DNA from: Octopus sinensis
Lineage: Eukaryota
Reading direction: 5' to 3'
Length of the DNA stretch: 64,000 bases
NCBI RefSeq assembly: GCF_006345805.1
Contig: NC_042997.1
Coordinates: 134,602,001 to 134,666,000 of the forward strand
Shown piece after piece: positions 36,403 through 48,714 of this stretch. The translations under genes and the position numbers were made by a program. Within the stretch, counting starts at the first letter, position 1, and each line of letters opens with the position of its first letter. The notes beneath the pieces are model-generated. The model saw only the letters and a program-made list of their open reading frames with translations. It was not told where the DNA came from and ran no database searches.

Positions 36403-37533
36403 TACACGCATGCACACATACATACATACACACACACATACACGCATGCACACATACATACATACACACACACATACATACATACATACATACATACATA
36501 CATACACACACACACTTCCACGTATACACACATACATACATACACACATACACACACATATACATACATACATACACACCTACACCTACACATATACACA
36601 CACACGTACTTACATACACTCATACGGACATACATACACACAGACATACACACATACACACTCACACATACATACATACACATACACATACCTACACATA
36701 CACTCGCATGCACGCACACACATATGCATGCGCGCGCGCACGCATACATACATCCATGCACGCATGCCTGTGGGTTCTGGCTCTATCTCGGGTTCGCGTC
36801 TGGGCCAGTGCGTTGTGCCTGGGGTTTCTCGTGTGCCTGTCACCGCAAGAGTATTTTCCATCCTTCTTTCAGTTGCGTAGTGTGTCCTTGCATGCATATA
36901 TACACACACATATAAACATATAAACAAACATATAATACCCCTACATTTCGTACACACACGCACATACATACATACATTCACTCCCACGCACTTACACACA
37001 CACACACACACCCACACATACACTTAGTTAAGCACAGTTATCGCCATACACACAAAAAACGCACACGTACACACACACATACTACAACAAAACACACACA
37101 CGAGACATATACACGCACACACACATTCCTCCCTGTTTCTGACCTGCCTTCCTGACTCGCTAACTGCTGTTTGCCACTAGCCACTGCCCACCATATACAC
37201 ACATACACACACACGCACACACTCACACACACACCCTTGTCATCTCGCACACCTTTGTTTACCATTCCTTCTTTGATTCCGCTCTCCTGTTTTTGAAAAC
37301 ATGCTCCTTCTTTTTTACCAGTTCCGCCTTTTCAGTATGTGACCTCGTGAAGACCACTTGCATTTTTTTCCCTCTGTCCTCCCACATCGGGATCTTTCTT
37401 TCTCCTATGTTTCCGACGAAGAGCTCCGCTCGAAACGTCATACCCTCCCTTCTTTCCTGAGCGTCCAATAATACTTTATTTGTTCCGCATCCTCGCGTTG
37501 TTGTCTTTTTGTTTTCTTGTTTAGATTAACTTT
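35380..37533. repeat. Inverted pair of related elements (~35380-35880 vs ~37010-37533) around a CA-rich microsatellite
   Basis: The outer ~150 bp are close reverse complements, and the inner GGCGA(C)TAACTGTGCTT segments also match. A third partial copy lies at 38590-38675. Confidence 0.8.
36011..36134. repeat. Short foldback element with 40-bp arms
   Basis: ATCTATAAATGTAATATGTGACAATTATTCGGTAGCCATG and its reverse complement, with 3 mismatches. Same family as 54772-54918. Confidence 0.85.
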
Positions 37534-37539
37534 ATATAT

Positions 37540-37577
<38 letters not shown>

Positions 37578-37658
37578 AATATGAAGGGTGAAATTAATTA
37601 ATTTGAACAATTACACCAAGTAGTCTTCGGCATTAAAAGCCTCATTCGAGGAATTTAG

Positions 37659-38054
37659 TAATACTAGAATAAGGGTTTAGCAACGAGTTGCCTTACCACA
37701 TACCGAATTTAGATAGCGTCAAAGGGTTATAGCTATTTCTTCTACTAAAGGGAGATCTCAGTAAAAACAGCATTTGGAGGCAGACGGTAAGAGTGAATTG
37801 ACTGCAATCTATCATACATTTTTTAGTTATCCACGGACGTACGTTTCGAATCAAGTTTTAAGTTTTCGAACGTACGTCCGTGGATAACTAACAAAATGTA
37901 TGATAGATTGCATCAATTCATTCTCTCTTACCTGTTTGTTCTGCCTTCAAATGCTGTTTTTACTGAGATCTCCCTTTTAGTAGATAGCTATAACCCTTGA
38001 CTGCTATTTTAAATTCGGTAGTGGTAAGGCTCGTTGCTAAACCCTTATTCTTAG

Positions 38055-38059
<5 letters not shown>
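37659..38059. repeat. Palindrome with ~190-bp arms and a 14-nt loop
   Basis: Arms 37659-37849 and 37864-38059 are reverse complements with scattered indels. The arm is homologous to the 13.4-13.6 kb hairpin. Confidence 0.9.
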
Positions 38060-38103
<44 letters not shown>

Positions 38104-38289
38104 AATTGCTCTTTAACAAGAATAGTATTGATCCTGCAAGCCTATCAGAGACCGAGACAGTTTAGCAGGTCGAAATTTCGACGTCACTGTAATAATATTC
38201 CCGTTAAAGAACAATAAATATGTACTCTACGAAAAGTACTGAGTAACCCTTCAGTGTAATCTAAAATTGTTTTTATCATAATTTAGCGC

Positions 38290-38500
38290 ATGGTGGCGAA
38301 ACTGGCAGAAACTTTAGCACGCTGGACGAAATGCTTAATAGTATTTCGCACGTCACTACGTTCTGAGTTCAAATTCCGCCGAGGTCGACTTTGCCTGTTA
38401 TTCTTTTGTCGGTTGAGAAACTAAATACCAGTGGCATTGATTGTAATCTACTAGTCCCCTGTCACAAAATTTCAGGCCTTTTACCTTTAATAGAAAGGAT
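38290..38500 (+). mobile_element. SINE family E variant
   Basis: GGCGAAACTGGCAGAAAC...CTGAGTTCAAATTCCGCCGAGGTCGACTTTGCC. Confidence 0.7.
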
Positions 38501-38517
38501 TATAATTTCACACACAC

Positions 38518-38592
<75 letters not shown>

Positions 38593-39545
38593 AAGTTGAT
38601 CCAAACAAGAAAACAAAAAGACAACAACGCAAGGATGTGAAACAAATAAAGTATTATTGGACGCTCAGGAAAGTGAAAGTGAAGATGTAAGCTCAAATAT
38701 ATTTACAGGGTTGTATTTGTCCCTCTATACTGGGAGAACTCCATCTACTAACATCAGTACCTGGTTGTTGAATTTAAAATATCGAAAAATATATCGAAGC
38801 GTTGAAACAAACTTAAGGACATCACTAACAACAACACATCATAATTGCTATTCTGTATACCCACTTCCTTCACAAAATAAAATGTTACATCTTCAAAAGC
38901 CCCTTTTTATTAAGAAAAGCGAAAGTAGAATTATAAGTCGAAATGTCGTTATACTGTTGTTAAAAGTTCAGAGAGATCCATGATATACACTATTCCTTTT
39001 GAAATCCATAATTTGTTGAAGCTTTTATGTCTCTTCCTTGTTTCCAGAAGATAATTGTGAACAAAATGTAATGGAAACAAAATCCTTAAACTGTAATTCT
39101 CAATATACTTTTAATCGCTTGAATTCTTTTCAGTTAACATTTGATATACTTTGGCTGCAGGCCTACAAATCCACCACAAGCTTAAGAATAACAACACTAT
39201 GTATATGAATTCGGTTTAGTTAGTCTGAGGCTAGATTAATAATTTGTGCCCATTGGATGTAGAAAAGAGTGTACTAAAGACGATACAGTTCAAGGGAGTT
39301 AATAATAATTATTTAGATACCACAGTGAAGAAAGAAACTCTTTTGGTATATATCGGAGTTGTGTTTTGTGTTAGGTTGATAAAAACTGTGTTTACCTCAG
39401 AGTACAAAATCTTGCATTGACCGATGGTTTTAAACTTTCCATGTGCCAACTAGTCAATTTCAATTACTTACAATAGGTAGATTTTGAGATGTAAATTTGA
39501 TGATTTTTTCGTGAATTTTCATTTCTATATATTAAAGGTCTACTT

Positions 39546-39749
39546 AAGCTGGATTATCCCGGGCACGAATTTTTTCCCACGAGAGTTCCGGACCCCAGTA
39601 AATTTGCATACAGCCAATCAGAGCTCACCTTCACATTGTCAAGTTAATAAAATTGGCAATCAAAATGGCGACCCCCGATAACCAGCACACAATTTACAGA
39701 TGCATACATTTTTTATATTTTACGTGAGTTTTTCACGGATCCAGCTAGT
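39546..39749 (+). mobile_element. Possible Helentron-type non-autonomous element; inverted partial copy at 40158-40238
   Basis: Subterminal inverted AGCTGGAT...ATCCAGCT ending in CTAGT. An internal ~75 bp matches 40158-40238 in reverse. Confidence 0.4.
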
Positions 39750-41077
39750 TATAATACATAGATCTATAATTTACTGCTAATAATATAATAGTACTTAGCG
39801 GAATTTTTTAGTACACACACATTTTCGTGAGAATTCTTTTGGTAGCGGTGAGGGGATCTTTTCTGTTTGGTTGCCAGTGTCAATTTTCTGTTCAAACTGA
39901 TTTCATATTTAGCGTAATTATACACTTTTATATGCTAATTAATGAAGTGAAAGTAATTTTTGCTATAAATCAATAAATAAAGAATCATTCGTAATTACAT
40001 TTTGAAAATTTTGTTAATATTAGTCAATTGTAATCCACAGATACATTCATGTTTTTCTCTTTTAAATTAACATAAAAATTTATTCACATGAAAGAAAATT
40101 ACCGTAGACAACACGTGTGCTAGACAGAGAAGTTGCTCACTTGAAAGGACGAAAGGATGAAGGTGGTTCTGCTCTGATTGGCTATATGCAAATGAATTAA
40201 ATTCTGGGGTCCGGAACTCTCGTGGGAAATGAATTTCGATTCAAATCCTGTGTATGCATATTACATATGCATATTAGAATATTATTTTCATGCATAAAAG
40301 TGGTCGTGTTTCCTTTTCATTTATTGCTGTAAAACGAATGAGTATTGATATATCGATATAACTGATGGTAAATTTTAGAAATAATTCCTCATTTAGTGTA
40401 ATTACCAATATATTGAAAGTTCTGGCAAAATGAAATTATCTTTGTTGCACCGGACATGAAACCAGTCGGTTCCTGACTTCAAAGTCATACACATTTCTTC
40501 AAGATAGGATGCAGTTTTTTCTTACAGATGTGTTTCTTTCGATTTTTCCATGAAAGGCATTTCTGAATGATTGTCCTTTTAAATAAGACTGTGTGTTATA
40601 TCGGAAGATTAATGCTTCAATTCTTATAAAGGTTTCTTATTTGTCACTTATGAAATCGATATATATTCTTCAATGGTTACTATAATTCGGAGACACAAGA
40701 TTATGTTCCAGTAGAGTCTCAACTATGGCACAATAAAGAATATTGATTACGCAGCAAGACCAAATTCATTACAATATTTCTAACAAAGTGTGTTAGATAA
40801 TAAGTCTCCCCCCATGACTCTCACTCAGTATTCTTTGGGAAAATTTGAGAATCGGAACAGGTCTTCAGAGACATGGTTCATCCTATTAATTGATAGGCTT
40901 AATAGAGGTCTTCTTTTTTCCACCGAAGCTTTTAATCCATTTATTTAAAGAGAAAATGTGTGACTATTTTGAAAATCTCACCATTGTTCTTAGTATGATG
41001 TTCCTTTTATGTAAAAATAATGAAACAACTTTGGTCTTGATGAGTGTCGATTTGATCGAAATTGCAAGAAAGGGGCC

Positions 41078-42180
41078 TACAATTCCAGTCTGTTATATAT
41101 TTTGAGTATTGTTATCACTAGCGATATCAAGATATAACTTTGTATTTTGTATTTTATGTGCAGATGTATATATATAGATGTACATGTAATATGTACACAT
41201 ATATACATACACTAGCACTATGACCCAGCAACGACGGGTCATAATGCTAGTATATTTATACATATGCATGCAAATACTGGAAATTTCTAACCTTGAGTTC
41301 AATAAAGAGTTAGGGATCATAAATCTGAACAGCATATGCGCTCTTTTAGCCAAACAAAGTCTACATTTATTCGATCCATTCACATAAGGTATGGATGTCT
41401 CAATTACTTTCCATATAATCACATGCGGTGTGGTGTTCCGTTATCTTTCAAAGTCCATATGTAGCTAGCCAACTTAGTAGATTTACTTTTGTCCCTATGT
41501 CGGAAGAAGGCTATGTGATTGGCATAGCGATTTTTAAATTCTCCTTCACATAATCCAATATAGGTTTTCTTATCAGTAGTCTTATTATTTAGGGTTGCCT
41601 CATATTTAGTTATACATCGTTGGTCAAGTGGACAGGATTCTGGGTCGCGACAGTTGCCGCTGGATTCGGGTTCTTGGTACTGACCACGTGCAATTATACT
41701 CTTCCTATTGGAGCAGCAGCTTATACGATAATTTCACAGAGCGTCTATTAAATATTTTCCTGTATCTATGAGTGGTTGGAAAATGTTTGTCTAGGAGTGA
41801 CAGGAATATTTTACCCATTTATATTAAGGGAAAAGAGAGGGGTGAACTAAATATTTTTCCATGGCCTATTTTTAGGTTTCTTATTATCCTGGTTAATACT
41901 AGAGTGGTTATGGATTACTTTATCTTTGATACCACTAAATATATTATTCATATTTTGAGCATTGTTAGGTTGATTATATATTAATTTATATTTGAACCTC
42001 TATTGGCTAGGGCCTTGTTATAATAGGGGGCAGCTTTCTCGAAAATTTCTTTGGAAGAAGAGAGGTTAGACACTCTCTTACTAATATTAGCTATAAGATA
42101 TTTAAATACTGCAGGAGGGTGGTAAGACTGTTTATGTATATATGCGAGTTTCTTATTAGGCCTATGGAAAGTTTTCCGTT
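41078..42180 (-). mobile_element. Penelope-like element, 5'-truncated (thumb plus GIY-YIG)
   Basis: RPNKKLAYIHKQSYHPP...NLSSSKEIFEKAAPYYNKAL; NCRDPESCPLDQRC...YEA...TYIGLCEGEFKNRYANH...LASYIWTLKD; IWKVIE...PYVNGSNKCRLCL...LLNSRLEI. Confidence 0.9.
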
Positions 42181-42273
42181 GTTTACTGTCTGCGTTTTCT
42201 ATATGCTACCTTCTTAGTTTTTTCGCGTTTATTCTATTATCCAATTTGTTTAGTTCGTTATGATATGTGGTTT

Positions 42274-42326
42274 GCGCCTGAAGATTATGTTTATGTTCTT
42301 TCAACATACGAAACTATTAGTAGCAT
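42274..42326 (+). ncRNA. Hammerhead-like fold, slightly degenerate
   Basis: CUGAAGA (42278-42284), stem UAUGUU/AACAUA with a basal U-C mismatch, GAAA (42310-42313), stem III ACUA-U-UAGU, a GUA triplet and a 2-bp stem I. Confidence 0.45.
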
Positions 42327-42500
42327 TTTAATACATGTATTTTTACTAAATTTCTAATTATTTTAATTTAAATATCTATTTTTAATAAATAAATATGTAT
42401 GTATGTATTTATGTATGTATGTATGTATGTATGTATGTATGTATTATCTATCTATCTATCTATCTGTCTGTCTATCTCTCTAAATTTCTCTCTCTCTCTA

Positions 42501-42550
<50 letters not shown>

Positions 42551-42553
<3 letters not shown>

Positions 42554-44110
42554 TGGAGGCCAAAATGTTCAGAACGACATTGTTTTCGTCAGAAAAGTAG
42601 ATATAATTTTTTATCAAAGTTGTTTTATATTCTATAATTTTCACAGACAATAAATACAATATTAATTGTTATTGTCTGAGATTTTGGTGTAATTTAAGAG
42701 GATAATACAAAATTTGCCGGCTAAAATGATCTGAACGGTTGAAAAAATAACAAAATAATCAAAAATGACAGAGAATACTGGAATTATTTAATATTTAGTG
42801 TGAAGCCCTTTAGCTTCAATCACACTCTGACATCTTCGACTGCATGAGGAAATTAAATTTTCAATTTCTTGCTGGGTGATCTTATTCCATTCTTCCTGAA
42901 GGGCATTCCATAATTGCTCAGTTGTTTTAGGATTTCTGGCTTTCGAACGTTCTCCTAGAATATTCCATACATTTTCAATAGGATTGAGATCTGGGCTTTG
43001 AGCAGGCCAATCCATAACAATAACCTTTTCAGCCTTGAGGAAGTTCATGACCACCTTAGCCTTGTGACATGGGGCATTGTCCTGCATGAATATGGGTGGT
43101 CGCTTAGTTGAATTTCTCAACACAGGCAAGACATGATCTTTTACAAGTTGTTTATAAACTCCTGCATTTAACTTTCCATGTAATCGCACCAAAGGGCCCA
43201 CACCATCTCCAGATATCATTCCCCAAACCATGACACTTCCTCCACCGAATTTAACACTAGTCTTAAGGCATTTAGGCAACAATTTTTCACCTACTTTTCC
43301 ACGAAGCCAAATAACATAAACTTTTCCCATCTGAGCCAAATAACATAAACTTAGATTCATCACTGAAATGCACCGTTTGCCATTTTTCTTGAGATCACAA
43401 CACATGTTCGGTTGCAAAGGTAAGACGACACTTTTTATTCTTGGAGCTAATCAGTGGCTTCACTGCAGGTGCTCTTGCTTGTAGGTCATGTTCAACTAAA
43501 CGATGAGACACAGTTTTTCGAGATAAAGTTTTCTTCAATACAATGCTCATTTTCCGAGAAACAGCAGCAGCAGCTTTAAATCTGTCCTTTTTAACCAACT
43601 TTACCATAGCACGATCTTCTCTCTTGGTCATTTTTCTTGGCCTACCTGTAAACTTTCTTGCTTCACACGAACCACAATCATCGTAGACCTTAAGAATACC
43701 GTGTACAACACTTTTTGACTTGTTAACAATCTTTGCAATAGATCCAATACTTAAATTATCCTTCCTTCGAAGCTTAATAATCTGCTGACGAGTAAGTGGC
43801 ATTATATTAACAAAGTACACTGCAAATATTCTTACTAATGTTTAGTAAACGAACTGTCACGTAAACAAATTCAAAACATTAGAGTTCGCCGGTTAAATAT
43901 ACTAAAACACGGAGTAAAAGCAACCGTTCTGATCATTTTGGCCGCCATGGGTTTTGCAGTAAATCACTAAGTCATCCATAACTTTTGTATTATCCTCTCA
44001 AATTACACCAAAATCTCAGGCAATAACAAATAATATTGTATTTATTGTCTGTTAAAATTATATCTACTTTTCTGACGAAAACAATGCCGTTCTGAACATT
44101 TTGGCCGCCA

Positions 44111-44113
<3 letters not shown>
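42551..44113 (-). mobile_element. Full-length Tc1-family DNA transposon of IR/DR type, inserted in (TA)n
   Basis: TIRs of ~200 bp starting CAGTGG(A/C)GGCCAAAATGTTCAGAACG, with inner direct repeats at ~42716-42742 and ~43920-43946 and TA flanks. Confidence 0.95.
42788..43802 (-). pseudogene. Tc1 DD34E transposase, inactivated
   Basis: Paired HTH with GRPRK, then FSDES, FMQDNAPCH and SPDLNPIE (34 residues between the second D and the E). There is a TGA stop at 43395-43397 and a +1 frameshift near 43325. Confidence 0.93.
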
Positions 44114-44153
<40 letters not shown>

Positions 44154-44165
44154 CCTATCTGTCTG

Positions 44166-44238
<73 letters not shown>

Positions 44239-44241
44239 TTA

Positions 44242-44276
<35 letters not shown>

Positions 44277-44307
44277 GTCTATCTATCTATCTATCTATCT
44301 ATCTATA

Positions 44308-44345
<38 letters not shown>

Positions 44346-44389
44346 CCTGTGTGTGTATGTGACTTTCTATCAGTGATTTTTCCTCCACC

Positions 44390-44583
44390 ACATCTTAACA
44401 TCCGGTGTTGGTGTGTTTGCTTCCTCATAACGTAGCAATTCGGTAAAAGTGATGTTAGAATAAGTACCAGGCTTAAAAAAGAAATAATGAACTGCGGTCG
44501 ATTCGTGCTACTAAAATTCTTGAAGGCGGTGCCCCAGCATGACCGCAGATTAATGATCGAACAAAGTAAAAGATAAAAGATAA
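44390..44583 (+). mobile_element. SINE family A, 3' half, diverged
   Basis: ...GAAGGCGGTGCCCCAGCATGACCGCAG...AAGTAAAAGATAAAAGA. Confidence 0.7.
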
Positions 44584-46039
44584 CTGTATGTAAGAACTAT
44601 ATTCACAATATCGCAGAAAACATCGACGGTATTATACACCTCTTGTTACAATGCGCTTCCAACTCTCTCTTGACCCAAATTACTTAACCATATCGCCTTC
44701 CTATCCTTGTGGAAGCTTTCCAACTGACCATTTCCGATCTCTTAGATACCAATCAGAAACTGTACAGGTCTTCCTGCTTTCTGTGACCCTTACGACATGT
44801 CCGCTCGAGCGGAACTTGTGCGTTCGTTATTCTGTAACCACTACGTTCACTCTCCTTTGTTCTCGGCCTATCTCATTTCAAATATATTCTCGTAATGATA
44901 TTCCTGGTACGGAATTTTGCGACGGGGACTATCGATGTCTATTCCTCAATACACATGTGTACACATGTAGATTATAGTAACCATACAGAAGTACTGAGAC
45001 GTTAAACAATGTTATAGATAACGTTTGCATTGCCTGTTATTTAATCTGCTCTGAAATGTCAAAAGGTCAAACTGACCTCGTTGGAATTTGAGCCGGAACG
45101 AATACTGCAATCAATTCGTTTAGACCCCTCTTACGACACTATTAAATGTTTTACTCTAATGCATAATGAGTAAGGATGAAGACAAATGGTATCATTATCT
45201 CATGCTTACTTAGTTCAGGTACCTTTAAATTATAACATGTTTATTTAGAAATGTATAGAAGACTATAACAATATGATACTTTTTCAATTGAGAAATGAGA
45301 GCGCTTGGTTCTCGATGTAATAAACCTTATCAGTTGACATATTAGCTGACTTATCAAACACACAGGCTGGAGAATTACTATGCGGCATGAATTGTAATGT
45401 GACGTATTAGTTTATAAAACTATCCTGAAATATCTTACAACAATTCGGAAAAGTAGGCTTCCGGTGTTATAGTATCGGCTATCGGAAAATCGGAAATATT
45501 TTTCAACTACATGACTGTTGCCAGCTGTTGTGGTAATGGGATAAAGTAACTAGAATATAATACTTATTCCTATTGAAGGCTTTAACTGTTAAATCTACAT
45601 CATGACGTCAATGACATTGTGCTTAACATTTAAGTAGAGGTATATCAATTTGAATCAGCTATTTGAAATCGAATCTTATTTTTGTTTCCCGAAACCTGCG
45701 AAGACTTTAATTAAGTAACGAAGTTTGATGAGCATAACGGGAGTGAAACTTAAGTGGTATATTATCTTTTATCTTCGACTTGCTTCAGTCACTGGACTGC
45801 GGCCATGTTTGGGCATCACCTTTAAATGTTTAGTCGTCCCGTGGTTCTCAACTGAATTCCATAATGGGTCTTTGGGCGTCCATATGAGATTTTGTTGTTA
45901 AAACTTATGTGTAATAAATTGGCTCTATTTCTACAATACACAAATATTTCAACAATTTTAAAAATACAATTCTTACTAATAGATAATTTCCAGCAGAGAT
46001 ACCCGGCGTTGCTCGGGATTAAAAGGGTATTTTTTTCGT

Positions 46040-46560
46040 TTATTGGTATCAGTCATGTGACTGCGGCCATTCTGGAATACCACCTTTAGTCGAACAAATC
46101 GACGCCAGGTTTTATTCTTTGTTAGCCTAGTACTTATTCTATCGGTGTCTTTTGAAGAACTGCTAAGTCACGGGAACGTAAACACACTGACATCGGTTGT
46201 CAAGCAATGGTAGGGGTACAAACTGACAGACAGATACACATACACACACACACAAATATACAGATATATATGACTGTCTTCTTTCAGTTTCCATCTACCA
46301 AATTCACTCACAAGGCTTTGGTCGGCCGCAGGCTATAGTGTATTCTTTCTTTTCTTTTTTCTTTTACTTGTTTCAGTCATTTGACTGCGGCAGTGCTGGA
46401 GCACAACCTTTTAGTCGAGCAAATCACTTCCCATTACTTAGTCTTTGTAAGCCTAGTACTTATTCTATCGGTCTCTTTTGCCGAACCGCTAGGTTACGGG
46501 GATGTAAACATACCAGCATCGGTTGTCAAGCGATGTTGGGGAGACAAACACAGACACGCA
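46040..46560 (-). mobile_element. Two adjacent SINE family A copies (~46040-46335 and ~46355-46560)
   Basis: Two successive TTTCAGTCAT(G/T)TGACTGCGG tails with SINE body sequence. Confidence 0.8.
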
Positions 46561-46716
46561 AACATATATACATGTATATGTATATATATATATATTTATA
46601 TTATATATATATATATATATATATAATAGCAATATAATAAATAAATAAAATATATGCATATATACATACATATATGTACATATTTACATCTATATGTATA
46701 TATATATACATGCATA

Positions 46717-46798
<82 letters not shown>

Positions 46799-47318
46799 GA
46801 GTACAGGACACCACAAATAAACGTAGAACACAACGAGAAACGAAAACATAAAATCAAATAAGGAAAAGGACTTTTTTTAACAAAGAAAAACAGAGTACAG
46901 GACAAACAATACAAGGAAAATTCCCCTTCATCAGCTGCCCCTGGTTCGACTCAATACGAGTTTCGAAGGTAAGGGCAGAACACGACCAGGCCGAAGCAAT
47001 CCTTCCTGCAAACGGAATTAAATAAAATTCTTTTGTAGAGGGGTAAAACAAGTGACAAGAACAGGATGTAAAAGCAATACAAGTGAAGAAAAAACAGTAG
47101 AAAAAACAGTACAAATAAAGAATAACAGGACAGGGAACCAACAATAAGGGCTATTTTAGGCCTAGACGGTGGAAAAATTAGTTAGAACGCATGTGAAAAA
47201 TCGGCTTGCGAAAGACAGGGAAGTCGATGTATGCTTGTTGAAAGCACGAAGCTGAAAGAAAGTTTTTGTAGCACTCTGGTCAACGACCAGAGAGAGGAGG
47301 TATGTATATATATTTATA

Positions 47319-47372
47319 TGCCCCAGCATGGCTACAGCTCGTGAGCTGAAACTAGATAAAATAAAATAAAAT
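47319..47372 (+). mobile_element. Isolated LINE 3' tail (same as 27651-27693)
   Basis: TGCCCCAGCATGGCTACAGCTCGTGAGCTGAAACTAGA(TAAAA)n. Confidence 0.75.
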
Positions 47373-47618
47373 GAAACATATGTAATAAATTTGAGGGCAG
47401 TAACATATTATTTAGAAATTTTTTACCGCCGTAGCCTAGCTTGTAGAAAAACTAGTCAATAGACTATATATTATTCATTATATATACAGTGTACATTTAA
47501 ACACATAAGACATCTAGACATAATCGGACACCTAAACCGCTAGAAGGAGTAGATAAAATCCAAACTACTATTAGGGTTAATTTCGAAAGGGAATGAAGAG
47601 TAAAACATTTACCATCTA

Positions 47619-47691
47619 TTCCTGGACCATGGTTTCAAGCTATCTTTATGAAAAAAAGTAATTTGCTAGGCGAAGCTCTCATCAGCAGGAA
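47619..47691 (-). ncRNA. Type I hammerhead ribozyme fold, the best example in the window
   Basis: UUCCUG-CUGAUGA-GAGCU(32 nt)AGCUU-GAA-ACCAUGGU-C-CAGGAA: 6-bp stem I, 5-bp stem II with a basal G-U pair, palindromic stem III and a GUC triplet. Confidence 0.75.
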
Positions 47692-47751
47692 GCCAAAAGT
47701 TAACATATAAGCCCGAGGCAATACATAGCATGCCTCGTACTTACATGTTAT

Positions 47752-47899
47752 AATTTTTCAAATACACAGCGCAAGCGCAGTTTTTTATCGGCAGCAAATA
47801 GAAAAAATGCTGATTTTCTTTCAAAATTAGCCAAAAATAAATGTTCATTCAAAATCAAGCAGAAAAAAAACTGCGCTTGCGCGGTGGATTTGAAAAATT
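47752..47899. mobile_element. MITE-like element with 35-bp TIRs
   Basis: AATTTTTCAAATACACAGCGCAAGCGCAGTTTTTT and its reverse complement, with 2 mismatches. Confidence 0.7.
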
Positions 47900-48274
47900 A
47901 AGTGGGGAACGTGACTAGGGTATAAAATTCTGCTGCTGGAGCAAACTCTCAAACAAAGAAAGATCTACTAGATAACCAGATCCATGCTAACCGTAGACCG
48001 TTAGTGGCTCCACTAAAAACCATCACCTAAGGAGAAACGCATAAAATGGAATAGAGAGGAGTGTAGAGTTGTGTTGAAAGATTTCTATACAACCCAACTA
48101 AATCCAAGCAATAATAACTAAATCCAAGCAATAATAACCTCATAATACAAGCTTCTTCTTCTTCTTCTTCTTCTTCTTCTTCTTCTTCTTCTTCTTCTTC
48201 TTCTTCTTCTTCTTCTTCTTCTTCTTCTTCTTCTTCTTCTTCCTATTCTTATTCTTATTCTTCTTATTCTTCTA

Positions 48275-48330
<56 letters not shown>

Positions 48331-48334
<4 letters not shown>

Positions 48335-48635
48335 TAGTTTTATTTTTATAGCGTGCTTTCACTTCACTACCGAGCGCAGCTCTGTGTGCCTTGGGTATGT
48401 GCTGTGATTTGTTGTGATGCTCAGATGGTTATTGTATGGAAAGTGTTCTGCGTAGGATGTGTGCAGTGCCTAGTAGTGCAATTTTCTGTATGTTATATGT
48501 GTTTGTAAGTCCTGGTGTTTTTGTTATGTATTTGTCTGAATATTTTTTTATCATGCCTAATGCACCTACTATGATAGGAATTGTTTCTGTTTTCAGATTC
48601 CATATTCTAGTTACCTCTATTTCCAGGTCTTTGTA

Positions 48636-48637
<2 letters not shown>
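48331..48637 (-). mobile_element. R4/Dong-type 3' fragment flanked on both sides by (TAA)n
   Basis: KYKDLEIEVTRIWNLKTETIPIIVGALG...IQKIALLGTAHILRRTLS, the RLE C-terminus. Confidence 0.9.
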
Positions 48638-48704
<67 letters not shown>

Positions 48705-48714
48705 CATTATTATT

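Noticed and set aside
39532-39545. TTAAAGG start suggesting a Kolobok element
   Set aside because: No matching right terminus was found.
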